Assembly (NCBI RefSeq): GCF_006345805.1
Contig: NC_043023.1
Span: forward strand, 18,786,001-18,850,000
Origin: Octopus sinensis
Taxonomy: Eukaryota
DNA: 64,000 nucleotides
Direction: 5' to 3'
The translations under genes and the position numbers were made by a program. Positions within the stretch are counted from its first letter, which is position 1. Every line of letters starts with the position of its first letter. A model generated the notes under the pieces. It did no database searches, was not told the origin of the DNA, and saw nothing but the letters and a program-made list of their open reading frames with translations. This document shows positions 13,017 through 25,267 of the stretch, in pieces.

Positions 13017-13498
13017 TTTGAAGTTCTAGAATTGAAAGCTGTTGTGATTTCTTGTGTCAATAGCTTTCCAAGAGAAGCAAATGTTTCCAAGAAACGAAGG
13101 TTCCAAATTAAATGACAGTCTCTGGAATTGCTGGGTTACTTACTGTGGAAAAGAACAGAATTGTGTAGAACAGGGTAGAAAAGGTAAACACATAATGGCA
13201 ATATAAACCTTATAAGTTTTAACATCATCATCATCAATGTCATCATCATCATCATCATTATTTAACATTCATTTTCATAGTTTGGGCTGGATTTTTTGGG
13301 ACAGATTTTTCAATAACTGGATGCCCTTCCTGCCACTAACCCCTTCTCAAGACCAGACATGTTTTCATTGAAGATTGGAAAGAAAGGATGCTGCTTGCAT
13401 AGTGATGAAATTTGCTGATAACTATTATATCAAGACAAGGAGACAGTAACAAACACAAACATTCATGTATATATATACATATATAAAATTTAATAATA

Positions 13499-13785
13499 GG
13501 ATAAAATTTTCATAAGAATTTATCAAGTAGTTAGCGTGAAAAACCTCATAAGAGAAAAAATCCATCAATTTTTTCACTTAAATATATTTATTTATATTAT
13601 ATAGAGGGCATTATTACACATAAATGCCACATGCTAGGAGGGACTCTAAAAGTCAAAACTACTAAAATAATTCTGTTTTTAAATGACTTGCTCCCTGTAC
13701 ATGTTTATTTATTTTAGTAGTTTTGACTTTAAGAGTTCCTCCTAGCGTGTGGCATTTATGTGTAATAATGCCCTCTATATAATAT
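13499..13785. repeat. Foldback copy of the 6200-6365 repeat (long minus arm plus short inverted arm)
   Basis: tagagggcattattacacataaatgccac... (~13602-13670) is inverted at ~13709-13779; the same sequence lies downstream of the hammerhead at 6210-6365. Confidence 0.7.
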
Positions 13786-13792
13786 ATATATA

Positions 13793-14014
13793 TACTCTTT
13801 TTACTCTTTTACTTGTTTCAGTCATTTGACTGCGGCCATGCTGGAGCACCGCCTTTAGTCGAGCAAATCGACCCTGGGACTTATTCTTTGTAAGCCCAGT
13901 ACTTATTCTATTGGTCTCTTTTGCCGAACTGCTAAGTTACGGGGACGTAAACACAACACCATCGGTTGTCAAGCGATGTTGGAGGGACAAAGACAGACAC
14001 ACAAACTCACACAC

Positions 14015-14058
<44 letters not shown>

Positions 14059-14175
14059 GACAGGCTTCTTTCAGTTTCCGTCTACCAAATCCACTCACAA
14101 GGCATTGGTCGGCCCGAGGCTATAGCAGAAGACACTTGCCCAAGGTGCCACGCAGTGGGACTGAACCCGGAACCA
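13793..14175 (-). mobile_element. CORE-type SINE
   Basis: Reverse complement of the family consensus, head partly missing. Confidence 0.85.
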
Positions 14176-14433
14176 GCCAATATATATATATATATATATA
14201 TGCATACCTTTTCCTTCTTTGAACACTAATCTCTGCTTGCAAAGATGTGTTGAGGCAAGTGAAATCGAAACTGAAATCAAAATCAAAGTGAAATTTGATG
14301 ATGGGCACAAGCACCATACGAGCGTGATCGTTGCCAGCCTCACATTACTGGCACTTGTGCCCCGTGCTAGTAGGGTCCTAAGAGCACCATTTGAGCGTGA
14401 TCGTTGCCAGAGCGGCTAACTGGCTTCCGTGCC

Positions 14434-14486
<53 letters not shown>

Positions 14487-14487
14487 C

Positions 14488-15064
14488 AGGAAGACATAGG
14501 ATGAGGTAGTCAAGCATGACCTCAGAACGTTGGGCCTCACTGAGGCAATGGCGAAGGACCGAGATCTCTGGAGATATGCTGTGACTGCAAAGACCCGGGC
14601 TGCTTCCTGCATCAGTTCCGCATAGCCCCAGCCCATTCAAAGTACCTTGGATTGCAGAACAACCTGCTGTGCTTGAGGAGACCTATTGAGTCAAGTACAT
14701 GAATATCGAAATAAATATCAATGGAAATAGTAGTTGTGATATCTGTGCCGGTGGCACATAAAAAGCACCATCCGAACGTGGCCGATGCCAGCGCCGCCTT
14801 GGCTGGCTTCTGTGCTGCTGGCACGTTAAAAGCTCCAACCGATCGTGGCCAATGCCTGACCCCCCCTGGCACCTGTGCAGGTGGCACGTAAAAGCATTCA
14901 CTACACTCACGGAGTGGTTGGTGTTAGGAAGGGCATCCAGCCGTAGAAACTCTGCCAGATCAGACTGGAGCCTGGAGCAGCCCCTGGCTTCCCAGACCCC
15001 GGTCGAACCGTCCAACCCGTGCTAGCATGGAAAACGGACTTTAAACGATGATGATGATGATGAT
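14488..15064 (+). mobile_element. RTE-clade LINE 3' end (ORF C-terminus, 3' UTR, (GAT)n tail)
   Basis: Remnant RKT*DEVVKHDLRTLGLTEAMAKDRDLWRYAVTAKTR, typical of RTE ORF ends, followed by ggaagggcatccagc...aaacgatgatgatg. Confidence 0.75.
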
Positions 15065-15184
15065 ATATATAGGCATTATTAAATCTCAGAGCGAGACGTC
15101 GATCTCCTGGGGCTAAAAGCTACAGTAACACCCCCACTTTGTGGTTAGCCATATTGAGATGGCTTTTATACTTATATATATATA

Positions 15185-15573
15185 GGAGTGGCTGTGTGGT
15201 AAGTAGCTTGCTAACCAACCACATGGTTCTGGGTTCAGTCCCACTGTGTGGCATCTTGGGCAAGTGTCTTCTGCTATAGCTCCGGGCCGACCAATGCCTT
15301 GTGAGTGGATTTGGTAGACGGAAACTGAAAGAAGCCTGTCATGTGTATATATATATATATGCGTGTGTGTGTTTGTGTGTCTGTGTTTGTCCCCCTAGCA
15401 TTGCTTGACAACCGATGCTGGTGTGTTTACGTCCCCGTCACTTAGCGGTTCGGCAAAAGAGACCGATAGAATAAGTACTGGGCTTACAAAGAATAAGTCC
15501 CGGGGTTGATTTGCTCGACTAAAGGCGGTGCTCCAGCATGGCCACAGTCAAATGACTGAAACATGTAAAAGAG

Positions 15574-15574
<1 letters not shown>
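15185..15574 (+). mobile_element. CORE-type SINE, full length
   Basis: Head ggagtggctgtgtggtaag through tail aaaagagt. Confidence 0.85.
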
Positions 15575-15612
<38 letters not shown>

Positions 15613-16089
15613 GTATTTATCACTTAATAGCACCAAGTGGTGCTATTAAGTTAGACATGGCCTGGTCCTATACCAGCTGAAACCTATCTAAGTTGTATGA
15701 CTATATATCTCAACTAGACTACTGGCTGCTGTTACACACTGCTGATCACAATGCACTTCTTTGCATTGTTTTATCATTTGAAGGATGGCACCCCACCGTT
15801 TAGGGAAGCAGGCCAATATTCCATTTGATTGGAATGCCATTCTGTCATAGGGTTAGCCATTTATGGGTTTGTAGAGTGGAACACCAGGAAACAAAGTGTT
15901 CTGTTTAAGAACACGATGTGCTGCCCAGTCTGGAAATGAAACAATCAGGTGATTGTCAGTTGAATATCCTAACCACTATACTACGCACACACACACACAC
16001 ACACACATATATATGTGATCTCTTGAGCACCACCAGAAAAAAAATTTTTTTTTCCTCTGTGCCCTTCTCGGGATCTTTCCTTCTCCTTT

Positions 16090-16124
16090 GTTTCCGACGA
16101 AGAGCTCCGCTCGAAACGTTAAAC
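16090..16124 (+). ncRNA. Minimal Penelope-type hammerhead-like motif (variant core)
   Basis: GTTT-CCGACGA-A-GAGC tcc GCTC-GAAAC-GTT-AAAC: 4-bp stem I, palindromic stem III, U4C core change. Confidence 0.45.
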
Positions 16125-16761
16125 CCTCCTTCCCTTCTTCCCTGAGCGTCAAATAATACTTTAATTGTTCCACGTCCTCGTGTTGCTGTGTTTTTTTCTG
16201 TGTTTTCTTGTTTGGATTAACTTATATATATATATATATTATATAGTGTAATACGAGTACGAGCCATCTGTATTCACTGCATTTTTTGTAGCTTATTAAA
16301 GATGTCCTCGTACGAAACGATCGTACCGAGATTTTAATCCATTCTTGTTGCTTTTTTCCTATTTGTAATCACCCCACTTGTCGTATGGTTAACACCATAT
16401 AGATTTCCGGTGCATCCTAGTTAAGGACCATATTCATGTGAATTCTTTAGAATTCACTAGAATCTCAATTACTTAACCGTATATAGTGTAATAAATAAAA
16501 TATATGCATACATACAAACATATATGTACGTACCTATATCTACATGTATATATACATGCATATATAAATATATATACGTGTGTACAGGACACCACAAATA
16601 GACGTAGAACTCAACGAGAAACGAAAACGTGAAAACAGCATGGAACGGACCATTTTTTTAACAACGAAAAAACAGAGTACAAGACAAACTACACAAGGAA
16701 AAATCCCCTTCATCAGCCGTCCCTAGTTCAACTCCAGCGTGTTTCGAAGGTGAGGACAGTA

Positions 16762-17500
16762 TCTCTCTCTATATAAACGGCAGTTTGTCTGTGCGTGTTT
16801 CTGTGTGTCTGTTTTCTTGTACCCTCACCCTGACCACGGCTTTCAACCGATTCTGATGAAACTTGACACACACATAGCCCAATGTCATAATTCAAAACTA
16901 ACGCAGCGAAAATTTTGAAAAGTTCCCCCAGTTCTGAAAAAAATCGATAAATTCGACATGGGGTCGAGAATCAGAAACACAACCCGCAAACTGTCTAGGG
17001 GACGCAACACCACCTTTTTTTAACTAAAAAAAAAATTTACCATCATTTTTTTCCATTTTTTTGCTATTTTTTGGCTATAACTCTCTAAAAATGCTTTATA
17101 GTTATTTCCCTTACAAACATGAGCAACGCCCGGCGATACTGCTAGTATATATATAAACAGCAGTTTGTCTGTCTGTGTGTCTGTCAGGTTGTACCCTCAC
17201 CCTGACCACAGCTTTCAACCGATTCTGATGAAACTTGACACACACATAGCCCAATGTCATAATTCAAAACTAACGCAGCGAAAATTTTGAAAAGTTCCCC
17301 GAGTTCTGAAAGAAATCGATATATTCGACATGGGGTCGAGAATCAGAAACACAAACCACAGACTGTCTAGGGGACGCAACTCCACCTTTTTAACTAAAAA
17401 AAATTTACCATTTTCTTTCCATTTTTTGGCTATAACTCTCTAAAAATGCTTTATAGTTATTTCCCTTACAAACCCGAGCAACGCCGGGCGATACTGCTAG
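16762..17500 (+). mobile_element. Two tandem non-autonomous Helitron-like elements (16762-17145, 17146-17500)
   Basis: 5' TC...tatataaac and 3' gcaacgcc(c)gg(g)cgatactgCTAG|T termini; the two ~370-bp units are near-identical. Confidence 0.7.
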
Positions 17501-17519
17501 TATATATATATATATATAA

Positions 17520-17629
17520 TTTATAAGTAAGGGAAAAAGAAAAAAATTTCTAATGTCAAAATATGCCAAAAATGTCTATTTTCGGCATATTTGGCATTAG
17601 AAATTTTCTCTTTTGCCCTGACTTATAAA
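17520..17629. repeat. AT-rich palindromic element (~50-bp arms); related arms at ~6414-6460 and ~6778-6830
   Basis: ttataagtaaggg...atatgccaaaaat versus attttcggcatat...cctgacttataa. Confidence 0.65.
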
Positions 17630-17852
17630 TTGTTTATAAATTTAACCTTTAAAGGTATTTTTTAATATGCTGGCCATTGATAGAATTTTTTTAGAAAAAT
17701 TTTATCCAAAATTATATATATATATATATATATATAAAAGGAAGTGTGTTTAATTATGGATAAATCACAATTATAATGAAGAGGGTAAACAATTATGAAT
17801 AGTTTATAATATATCCTTCATAATGTATTTTCACATTCCTCTTTAATTTTAC

Positions 17853-17912
<60 letters not shown>

Positions 17913-18107
17913 GTATATATATATATATCCCAAGACATACTAGTGACCACATGGAAGCACAATTCACTATAGCTAGGACCAAATTTTGACAGATTTTAGA
18001 ACTATACACTAAGAGGCAGAGACATAATAAGATGGAGGCCCAACAACTCGGGAATATACCTGCATGTGACCTACGTAAGCTCATGTAGCGCAGCGAGGGA
18101 CAGAGAG

Positions 18108-19026
18108 GTGGTATTGAGCACAATATTTGCTGCAGCCCATCTTTTATACTGAGACAAAACAATGTACATGATAACACTTCCAATCAGTTAAAATCAGAAG
18201 CCATGAGAGCCACTGCCTGGTACTGCATCAGGGCATTTATTATTATTATTATTATTACTATTATTATTAATTTTATTATTATTATTATTATCATTATTAT
18301 TATTGAGTGAGAGAGCAGTGCATGCCATCAAAGTGACATGGGGTAAATATATGAAGCCCAGTATACCCATCATGACTACCCGTCTGAAAAGGGTACACCA
18401 GGCACATGTATCACAACCATATGTGCGTGACATGGTGATCTCATATCAAGATAAACAGCACATGACCTTGCAGGTGGGGCCCAGTTAGAATTTTCTTCTG
18501 GTTGAGTAGCCCATCCCGCTCAAAAGGTCCCTGAATAAGGGTTGTTTAAGGATGTTGAACGAAACACCCATGTTTCCAGAGGTGAATTATTCAAACCCCA
18601 AAGAATCCCTCTAAACACATGGCTATGATGCTCCCCCACTACTTCTGCTCGTGATCAGAGATGCACATATCATCAGCCACTAAGGGACATGCTCAACTGG
18701 TTAAAGTCAAACAACTGACAAGCAAATCTGTGGTATTGAGCAGAATATATGCTGTAGGCCATCTTTTATACCAAGTCAAAACAATGTACATGATAACACT
18801 TGCAATCAGTTAAGATCAGAAGCCATGAGAGCCACTGCCTGGTACTATTATTATTATTATTATTATTATTGAGTGAGAGAGCAGTGCATGCCATCAAAGT
18901 GACACTGGGGTAAAATATACGAAGCCCAGTATACCCATCATGACTACCCGTCTGATAAGGCACATGCATCACAACCATATGTGCGCGACATGGTGATCTC
19001 ATATCAAGATAAACAGCGCATGACCG
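18108..19026 (-). mobile_element. Three tandem pieces of a ~550-bp (TAA)n-flanked non-coding element (18108-18237, 18303-18846, 18869-19026)
   Basis: Repeated termini cagaagccatgagagccactgcctggtac and ttgagtgagagagcagtgcatgcc, each abutting (TTA)n tracts. Confidence 0.75.
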
Positions 19027-19344
19027 TTTATTATTATTATCATTATTATTATTATTATTTTTATCAGTATTAAGGTGGAAAGGTGGCAGATTTGTTAGTA
19101 TGCTGGACGAAATGCTTAGTGACATTAAATATAACTTTACATTCTGAGTTCAAATTCCGCCGAAGTCAACTTTGCCGTTCATCCTTTAGGGGTCAATAAA
19201 ATAGGTATAAACCAAGTGCTGGGGTCAATGTAAACAACTAGCCCCTTTCCCCTGTGCCTATAACAGAAAGGATTATTATTATTTGTTTTTATATTTTACT
19301 GAGAACATCAGAAACAAAGAGATGTACTAAAATGACATATATAC

Positions 19345-19756
19345 ACTCTCTTTACTTTTTTACTCTTTTACTTGTTTCAGTCATTTGACTGCGGCCATGC
19401 TGGAGCACCGCCTTTAGTCGAGCAAATTGACCCCGGGACTTATTCTTTTGTAAGCCCAGTACTTATTCTATCGGTCTCTTTTGCCGAACCGCTAAGTGAC
19501 GGGGACGTAAACACACCAGCATCGGTTGTCAAGCAATGCTAGGGGGGACAAACACAGACACACAAACGCACACATATATATATATATATACATATATACG
19601 ACAGGCTTCTTTCAGTTTCCATCTACCAAATCCACTCACAAGGCATTGGTCGGCCCGGGGCTATAGCAGAAGACACTTGCCCAAGATGCCACGCAGTGGG
19701 ACTGAACCCGGAACCATGTGGTTGGTTAGCGAGCTACTTACCACATAGCCACTCCT
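19345..19756 (-). mobile_element. CORE-type SINE
   Basis: Full-length reverse-complement copy. Confidence 0.85.
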
Positions 19757-19962
19757 GTGCCTAATAATAATACATATGTATTATTATTATTATCATCGTT
19801 ATTATTTTTAAGTTTTATAAAATTTCTTTTTCCTTCTACAAAATAATGAAATGAAAATAATTTTGTTTTGAATGGAAAAATATTTATTGCCTTTAAATAA
19901 AATAAATTTCTCATTTGTAGATTTACAATAAATGCATGTAATTTTTGTACATTTTATCAACA

Positions 19963-20127
19963 GGAGTGGCTGTGTGGTAAGTAGCTTGCTAACCAACCAC
20001 ATGGTTCCGGGTTCAGTCCCACTGCGTGGCATCTTGGGCAAGTATCTTCTGCTATAGCCCCGGGCCGACCAATGCCTTGTGAGTGGATTTGGTAGATGGA
20101 AACTGAAAGAAGCCTGTTGTATATATG

Positions 20128-20160
<33 letters not shown>

Positions 20161-20372
20161 GTGTGTCTGTGTTTGTCCCCCTAGCATTGCTTGACAACCG
20201 ATGCTGGTGTGTTTACGTCCCAGTCACTTAGCGGTTCAGCAAAAGAGACCGATAAAATAAGTACTGGCTTACAAAGAATAAGTCCCGGGGTCGATTTGCT
20301 CGACTAAAGGCGGTGCTCCAGCATGGCCGCAATCAAATGAGTGAAACAAGTAAAAGAGATAGAGTAAAGAGT
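19963..20372 (+). mobile_element. CORE-type SINE
   Basis: Full-length copy, head-to-head with 19345-19756. Confidence 0.85.
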
Positions 20373-20683
20373 ATTTCTATTAGAGGCACAAGGCCTGAAC
20401 TTTTTCCTGTTGAGAGGAATTGGTCGATTGAATCGACCCCAGTACTTTTATTCTATCAACCCCAAAAGGATGAAAGGAAAGGGCAACCTAGGCAGAATTT
20501 GAATCTAAAACATAAAGACCCAGAAAACAATGCCCCTAATTATTCTGTCCCAAGTACTAACGATTCTACCTGCTTTACATCATTCATATCGATACTTACA
20601 TATGAAAGGATATCGTGGGAGTGCGTCTGTAACTAAGAGGCAATTGGTGCAACGAAAATTTCAGCACCGTGTAATATATAACA

Positions 20684-21046
20684 CTAGCAGTATCGCCCGG
20701 CTTTGTTTTGATCCTTTAGAATTGGAATTTTTAAAAAGTAAAAATTTTGCATTATGTAGCTTGTTATTCTCTTTAAGTGAACATTTTTCTGGTTGAAATA
20801 CACCGAAAAATGGCGACATAGCAATCGAAAAATCGAACAAAATAGGGATTTTCATAGAAAAAAAAGCACCTTATTGATGTAAATAATTTTTGGTGTTAAC
20901 ATGGTCCGATTTGAATTTTTTCTTCTACGGAAAGAAGAGCAAGCCTTCTCAATTTTGGTCAACTTGCGCCGCAGGGTCTTGGAGGAGATAGTGTTAGTTG
21001 AAGGCTACCAAACCTTCCATACACAGACAACTTCAGCTTTATATAT
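20684..21046 (-). mobile_element. Non-autonomous Helitron-like element, family 2
   Basis: 3' end gccgggcgatactgCTAG (reverse) shared with family 1. Partial copies at ~34905-35070, 40584-41106 and ~55645-55780. Confidence 0.65.
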
Positions 21047-22249
21047 GTATATAATATAATATAATATTTCAATGAAATTAAGTCTTTATGTGTTTTTGAA
21101 TGACTAACGTTTGTCTTCCTGCTGTATTTGTTTTAGTTTTAACACAATCTCAAATCAAGTTACTTACCTGGCAGGTATTCCTCCTATTTACATAATATGG
21201 ATCCAGTATTTAGCAACATGTCACCATATGCTTAAATAATCAGAACTTTAGTTAGAATACATAATGATGATTCCGTGACAACTAATTTTTTTCTGCTAAA
21301 CCACACAACTTTATCTTTTTCTCTGTAATTTTGTAACAAGTCTTATCTTATGAGGTTTCAGCTTATCTTTTATTATTTATAACCTCAGAACTTATAGTTC
21401 ACAAGTCCAACCTATAGGAGAAAACAAATATGAACCACAATGAAATATAAATCTCTTTTCTATTTGATATAGTTATCAAGGATGAAGAACTGTTAACTAG
21501 ACAATGAGATTTAAATTAGTTAAAATTGCTTGTTTACTGATAATTATTATCTTCTTGAATAGGTCATGGAGTTGGTAGTGTGATTATGAAGATAAGACTC
21601 AGTCTAATTAAAAATAGTGCGAGTTGATTAGGTTGATGGAAGCTGAGACAAACATGTTGTGTGTCTCTCTGTGTTGAGATGCTGGGATACTCGTAAACGA
21701 GCATCCCCAGCACACAAGCAGTGTCGTTCGTTTCCAATATTTTTTTTTTATTAAGACATTTTCGGTCATGAGGAAATATTACTCCTCTATTTGGAAAGAG
21801 GTGAGTGTTGGAGACAGGAAAGGCATCCAGACTTAGAAACTGCTTCAACGATTTTTGTCTGACCCACGCGTGGTTTTAAAGATAGAGGTGGTTAGATATA
21901 ATAAAGTATTGGGAGATCATTATCCTAACCTCATGGTTTCGGGTTCAGTCCCATTGCATGGCACCTTGAGCAAGTGTCTTCAATTTTAACCCCAGGCTAA
22001 TCAAAACTTGTAAGTGGATTTGTTATGCTAAACACAGTACAGACAATATTTACCAGGATCAAAACGTTTATATTGGCACAGTTAGTCGTATATATGAAGA
22101 CATACATAAGCAGTTAAGGGTTTTCCTTCAGAGAAGGATTTATCTTGTATCTTAATGATATTCTTGTATGAATGTGTTTGCAAAAAGTTCAGGGAATTCG
22201 TTGAATGAATAAATTCATACAACAATGAAATGGCTTCTCTCCCGTACTA

Positions 22250-22574
22250 ATTACATTTTTGAGTACTTAAAAAAATTTAATGAAATTATTGTATACAATG
22301 CTCAGGGGCACCACAACTTGTCAAAAGTGCGTATAAAGCAAATGCAGTAATGTACAAATATCTGGGAAGTGAACAGTTTTTAAATCAAAGCTGGACATCT
22401 TCCTGTCTAGAATCCCAGATGAACCTACCCCATGGCAAGAGGTGCAAATGAGAGTAACTATATCAAACTCCTTTCTTCACAAAGTGTCACATATTAGAGG
22501 AGCTTCTTCGTAATAACAGTGTAACACAAAACGGTGGTGCATCAGCATGGCCGCAGCTCTGAGCTGAAACTAAA
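22250..22574 (+). mobile_element. CR1/L2-like LINE 3' end
   Basis: FKSKLDIFLSRIPDEPT remnant (22379-22430) and tail cggtggtgcatcagcatggccgcagctctgagctgaaac; a second tail copy is at 31715-31755 (-). Confidence 0.6.
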
Positions 22575-22812
22575 GGTAAAAAAAAAAACCTCGAGGAATT
22601 CTAGATAAGATGTGAGTGAGAGATAAGCCCATCATCACACATTGTGATGGCATTTTCTCAGGAAATATTTAATCTAAGATGTGAGAGACAGGTGGAGTCC
22701 ATAGATGGATAGTAACTTTGTCGAGAAATTCTTTTGCCCCACACAGTTGTAGGTCCTTACTGATGTCTGGAGCTGTACTATTGGTTTAGTAGAACTTGTC
22801 AAGAAAATGAAA

Positions 22813-23028
22813 CCTATTTCTTTACTACCCACAAGGGGCTAAACACAGACAAACAGATTAAGTCGATTATATCGACCCCAGTGCGTAACTGGTACTTATT
22901 TAATCGACCCTGAAAGGATGAAAGGCAAAGTCGACCTCAGTGGAATTTGAACTCAGAACGTAGCGGCAGGCGAAATACCGCTAAGCATTTCGCCCAGCGT
23001 GCTAACGTTTCTGCCAGCTTGCCACCTT
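22813..23028 (-). mobile_element. tRNA-derived SINE (same family as 2649-3064)
   Basis: Reverse complement of head and core. Confidence 0.8.
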
Positions 23029-23100
23029 GTCAAGAAAATGAAACCATTGATGTGTCACACAGGAATCCAACCTCTGCTTTATAGAACTGTATTAGGAGTT

Positions 23101-23428
23101 AAAAAAGACTCCGCCGGTTACGACGACGAGGGTCCCAGCTGATACGATCAACGGAACAGCTTGCTCGTGAAATTAATGTGCAAATGGCTGAGCATTCCAC
23201 AGACACGTGTACCCTTAACGTAGTTCCCGGGGATAATCAGCGTGACACAGAGAGTGACAAGGCTGACCCTTTGAAATACAAGTACAACTCATTTTTGCCA
23301 GCTGAGTGGACTGGAGCAACGTGAAATAAAGTGTCTTGCTCAAGGACACAACGCGTCGCCGAGAATCGAACTCACAACCTTACGATCATGAGCCGAATGC
23401 CCTAACCACTAAGCCACGCGCCCTCACA
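23101..23428 (-). mobile_element. tRNA-derived SINE with CORE-like block and RTE-like tail
   Basis: Minus strand gggcgcgtggcttagtggttagg...gagttcgattc...gtccttgagcaagacact...accggcggagtc. Confidence 0.75.
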
Positions 23429-23782
23429 TATTAGGAGTTAATGAATTGAGAAAAACACATCCTAAATCTCAAAGTGATAAAGCTGTGGTTGTTTATGACT
23501 TTTTGCTTCATAATTGAAATATTGCATGTTCCTATACGGAACTTTTAGCACAAATAAACCACAACGATCACAGTTTTGTGATATTTAGTGAATTTCAAAG
23601 CTTTAGTTGCGAGTGAATCGGAACGAATTGTCAGAGATTCCATTTCTTTTAGTTTAAAGGAGACAAACGTTGAATGGCGCACCCACATTTCATACTGGCA
23701 CATGACATCTACGAAATAAACTAAATTGTGATGTGTGCGCTGCCGCATCCGATCTGAAAGGTTTTCATTTGTAGAACACTTA

Positions 23783-24470
23783 TTACCCTTTCTTTACTGT
23801 ATTTTGTTTTGAGATGCTCTCTGTTTCTTTCAATTACTTTAAATATAACAAAGAATTTAGTTATCATTCAGCTAGTGTTAGGAACATAAATTGTGACTAA
23901 GGTTTGGTGGAAGATTTTAATTCAAAACTCATGACAACAAGACATTTGTATTACAGAACCAGGTGGTTTCAGCCAGGTTAGTATCAAAAGGGTTAAGAAT
24001 TGTTTCTCTATTATATATTTTAACCCTTTCATTACCATATTACTATTGAGATGCTCTGTGTTTCTTTCAATTACTTTAAATATAAAAAAGAATTTAGTAA
24101 AATAACTTAGTTATCATTAAGCTAGTGTTAGGAACATAAATCGTGACTAAGGTTTGGTGGAAGATTTTAATTCAAAACTTATGAAAACAAGACATTTGTA
24201 CTACAGAGCCGGTTTCAGCCAGGTTGGTATCAAAAGGGTTAAGAATTGTTTCTCTATTATATATTTTAACCCTTTCATTACCATATTACTATTGAGATGC
24301 TCTGTGTTTCTTTCAATTACTTTAAATAAAACAAAGAATTTAATAAAATAACTTAGTTATCATTAAGCTAGTGTTAGGAATATAAATTGTGACTAAGGTT
24401 TGATGGAAGATTTTAATTCAAAACTTATGAAAATAAGACATTTGTACTCAGAGCCAGAGCCGGGTTGGTA
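23783..24470. mobile_element. Three tandem piggyBac-like MITE copies
   Basis: TTAA-CCCTTT...AAAAGGG-TTAA units (e.g. 24020-24242) separated by an identical gaattgtttctctattatat spacer. Confidence 0.75.
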
Positions 24471-24667
24471 ATAATTTTTTGGAGGACTGCTCTCTCATTT
24501 TGGAACATAATAATCCTTAGTTATTCGTGGTGAGGGCCTAAGTGAAAGTACCGAAACCGCTTAGCCCTTTCCAGGGCCTCGAAATATATTTCCAAAATTA
24601 CTTCGTGTACACTGGACATTTTTTTAAATATCGTACCTTCAAAAATGCATTTTTAAAAAAAAATCAT

Positions 24668-25267
24668 TGGTCCCTGTGCGCGCACACTCACGCTAGCTAG
24701 TCGTAAGTAGTCGATCCTACAACGACTTGCGAGTATGTTTGTATTTCAAAGGTGAATACATACTATTTTACTTGTTTCAGTCATTTGACTGCGGCCATGC
24801 TGGAGCACAGCCTTTAGTCGAGCGAATCAACCCCGGGACTTATTCTTTTGTAAGCCTAGTACTTATTCTATCGGTGTCTTTTGCCGAACCACTAAGTGAC
24901 GGGGACGTAAACACACCAGCATCAGTTGTCAAGCAATGCTAGGGGGACAAACACACACACATATATATATATACGACAGGCTTCTTTCAGTTTCCGTCTA
25001 TCAAATCCACTCACAAGGCATTGGTCGGCCCGGGCTATAGCAGTAAGACACTTGCCCAAGATGCCATGCAGTGGGATTGAACCCGGAACCATGTGGTTGG
25101 TTAGCAAGCTACTTACCACACAGCCATAAAGAAAATTAAATATTTTCCGAACAGAGTAAATAATTTTTTAAAACAAACTAAGGTTAGGGTTAAAAGTCGT
25201 AGGATCGACTACTTACGACTAGCTTGTGCGAGTGCGCGCACCGGTACCACTGTTCGCTAGTAGTACC
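24668..25267. mobile_element. GC-rich hairpin/TIR element, copy a, interrupted by a CORE SINE (24761-25126, minus)
   Basis: Left arm ggtccctgtgcgcgc...gtcgatcctacaac; right arm gtcgtaggatcgac...gcgcgcaccggtaccactgttcgctagtagtacc. Confidence 0.7.

Noticed and set aside
21160-21176. tacttacctggcagg resembling the U1 snRNA 5' end
   Set aside because: No further U1 sequence follows; it is better read as a minus-strand splice donor (cag|gtaagt), possibly of an untranslated exon.
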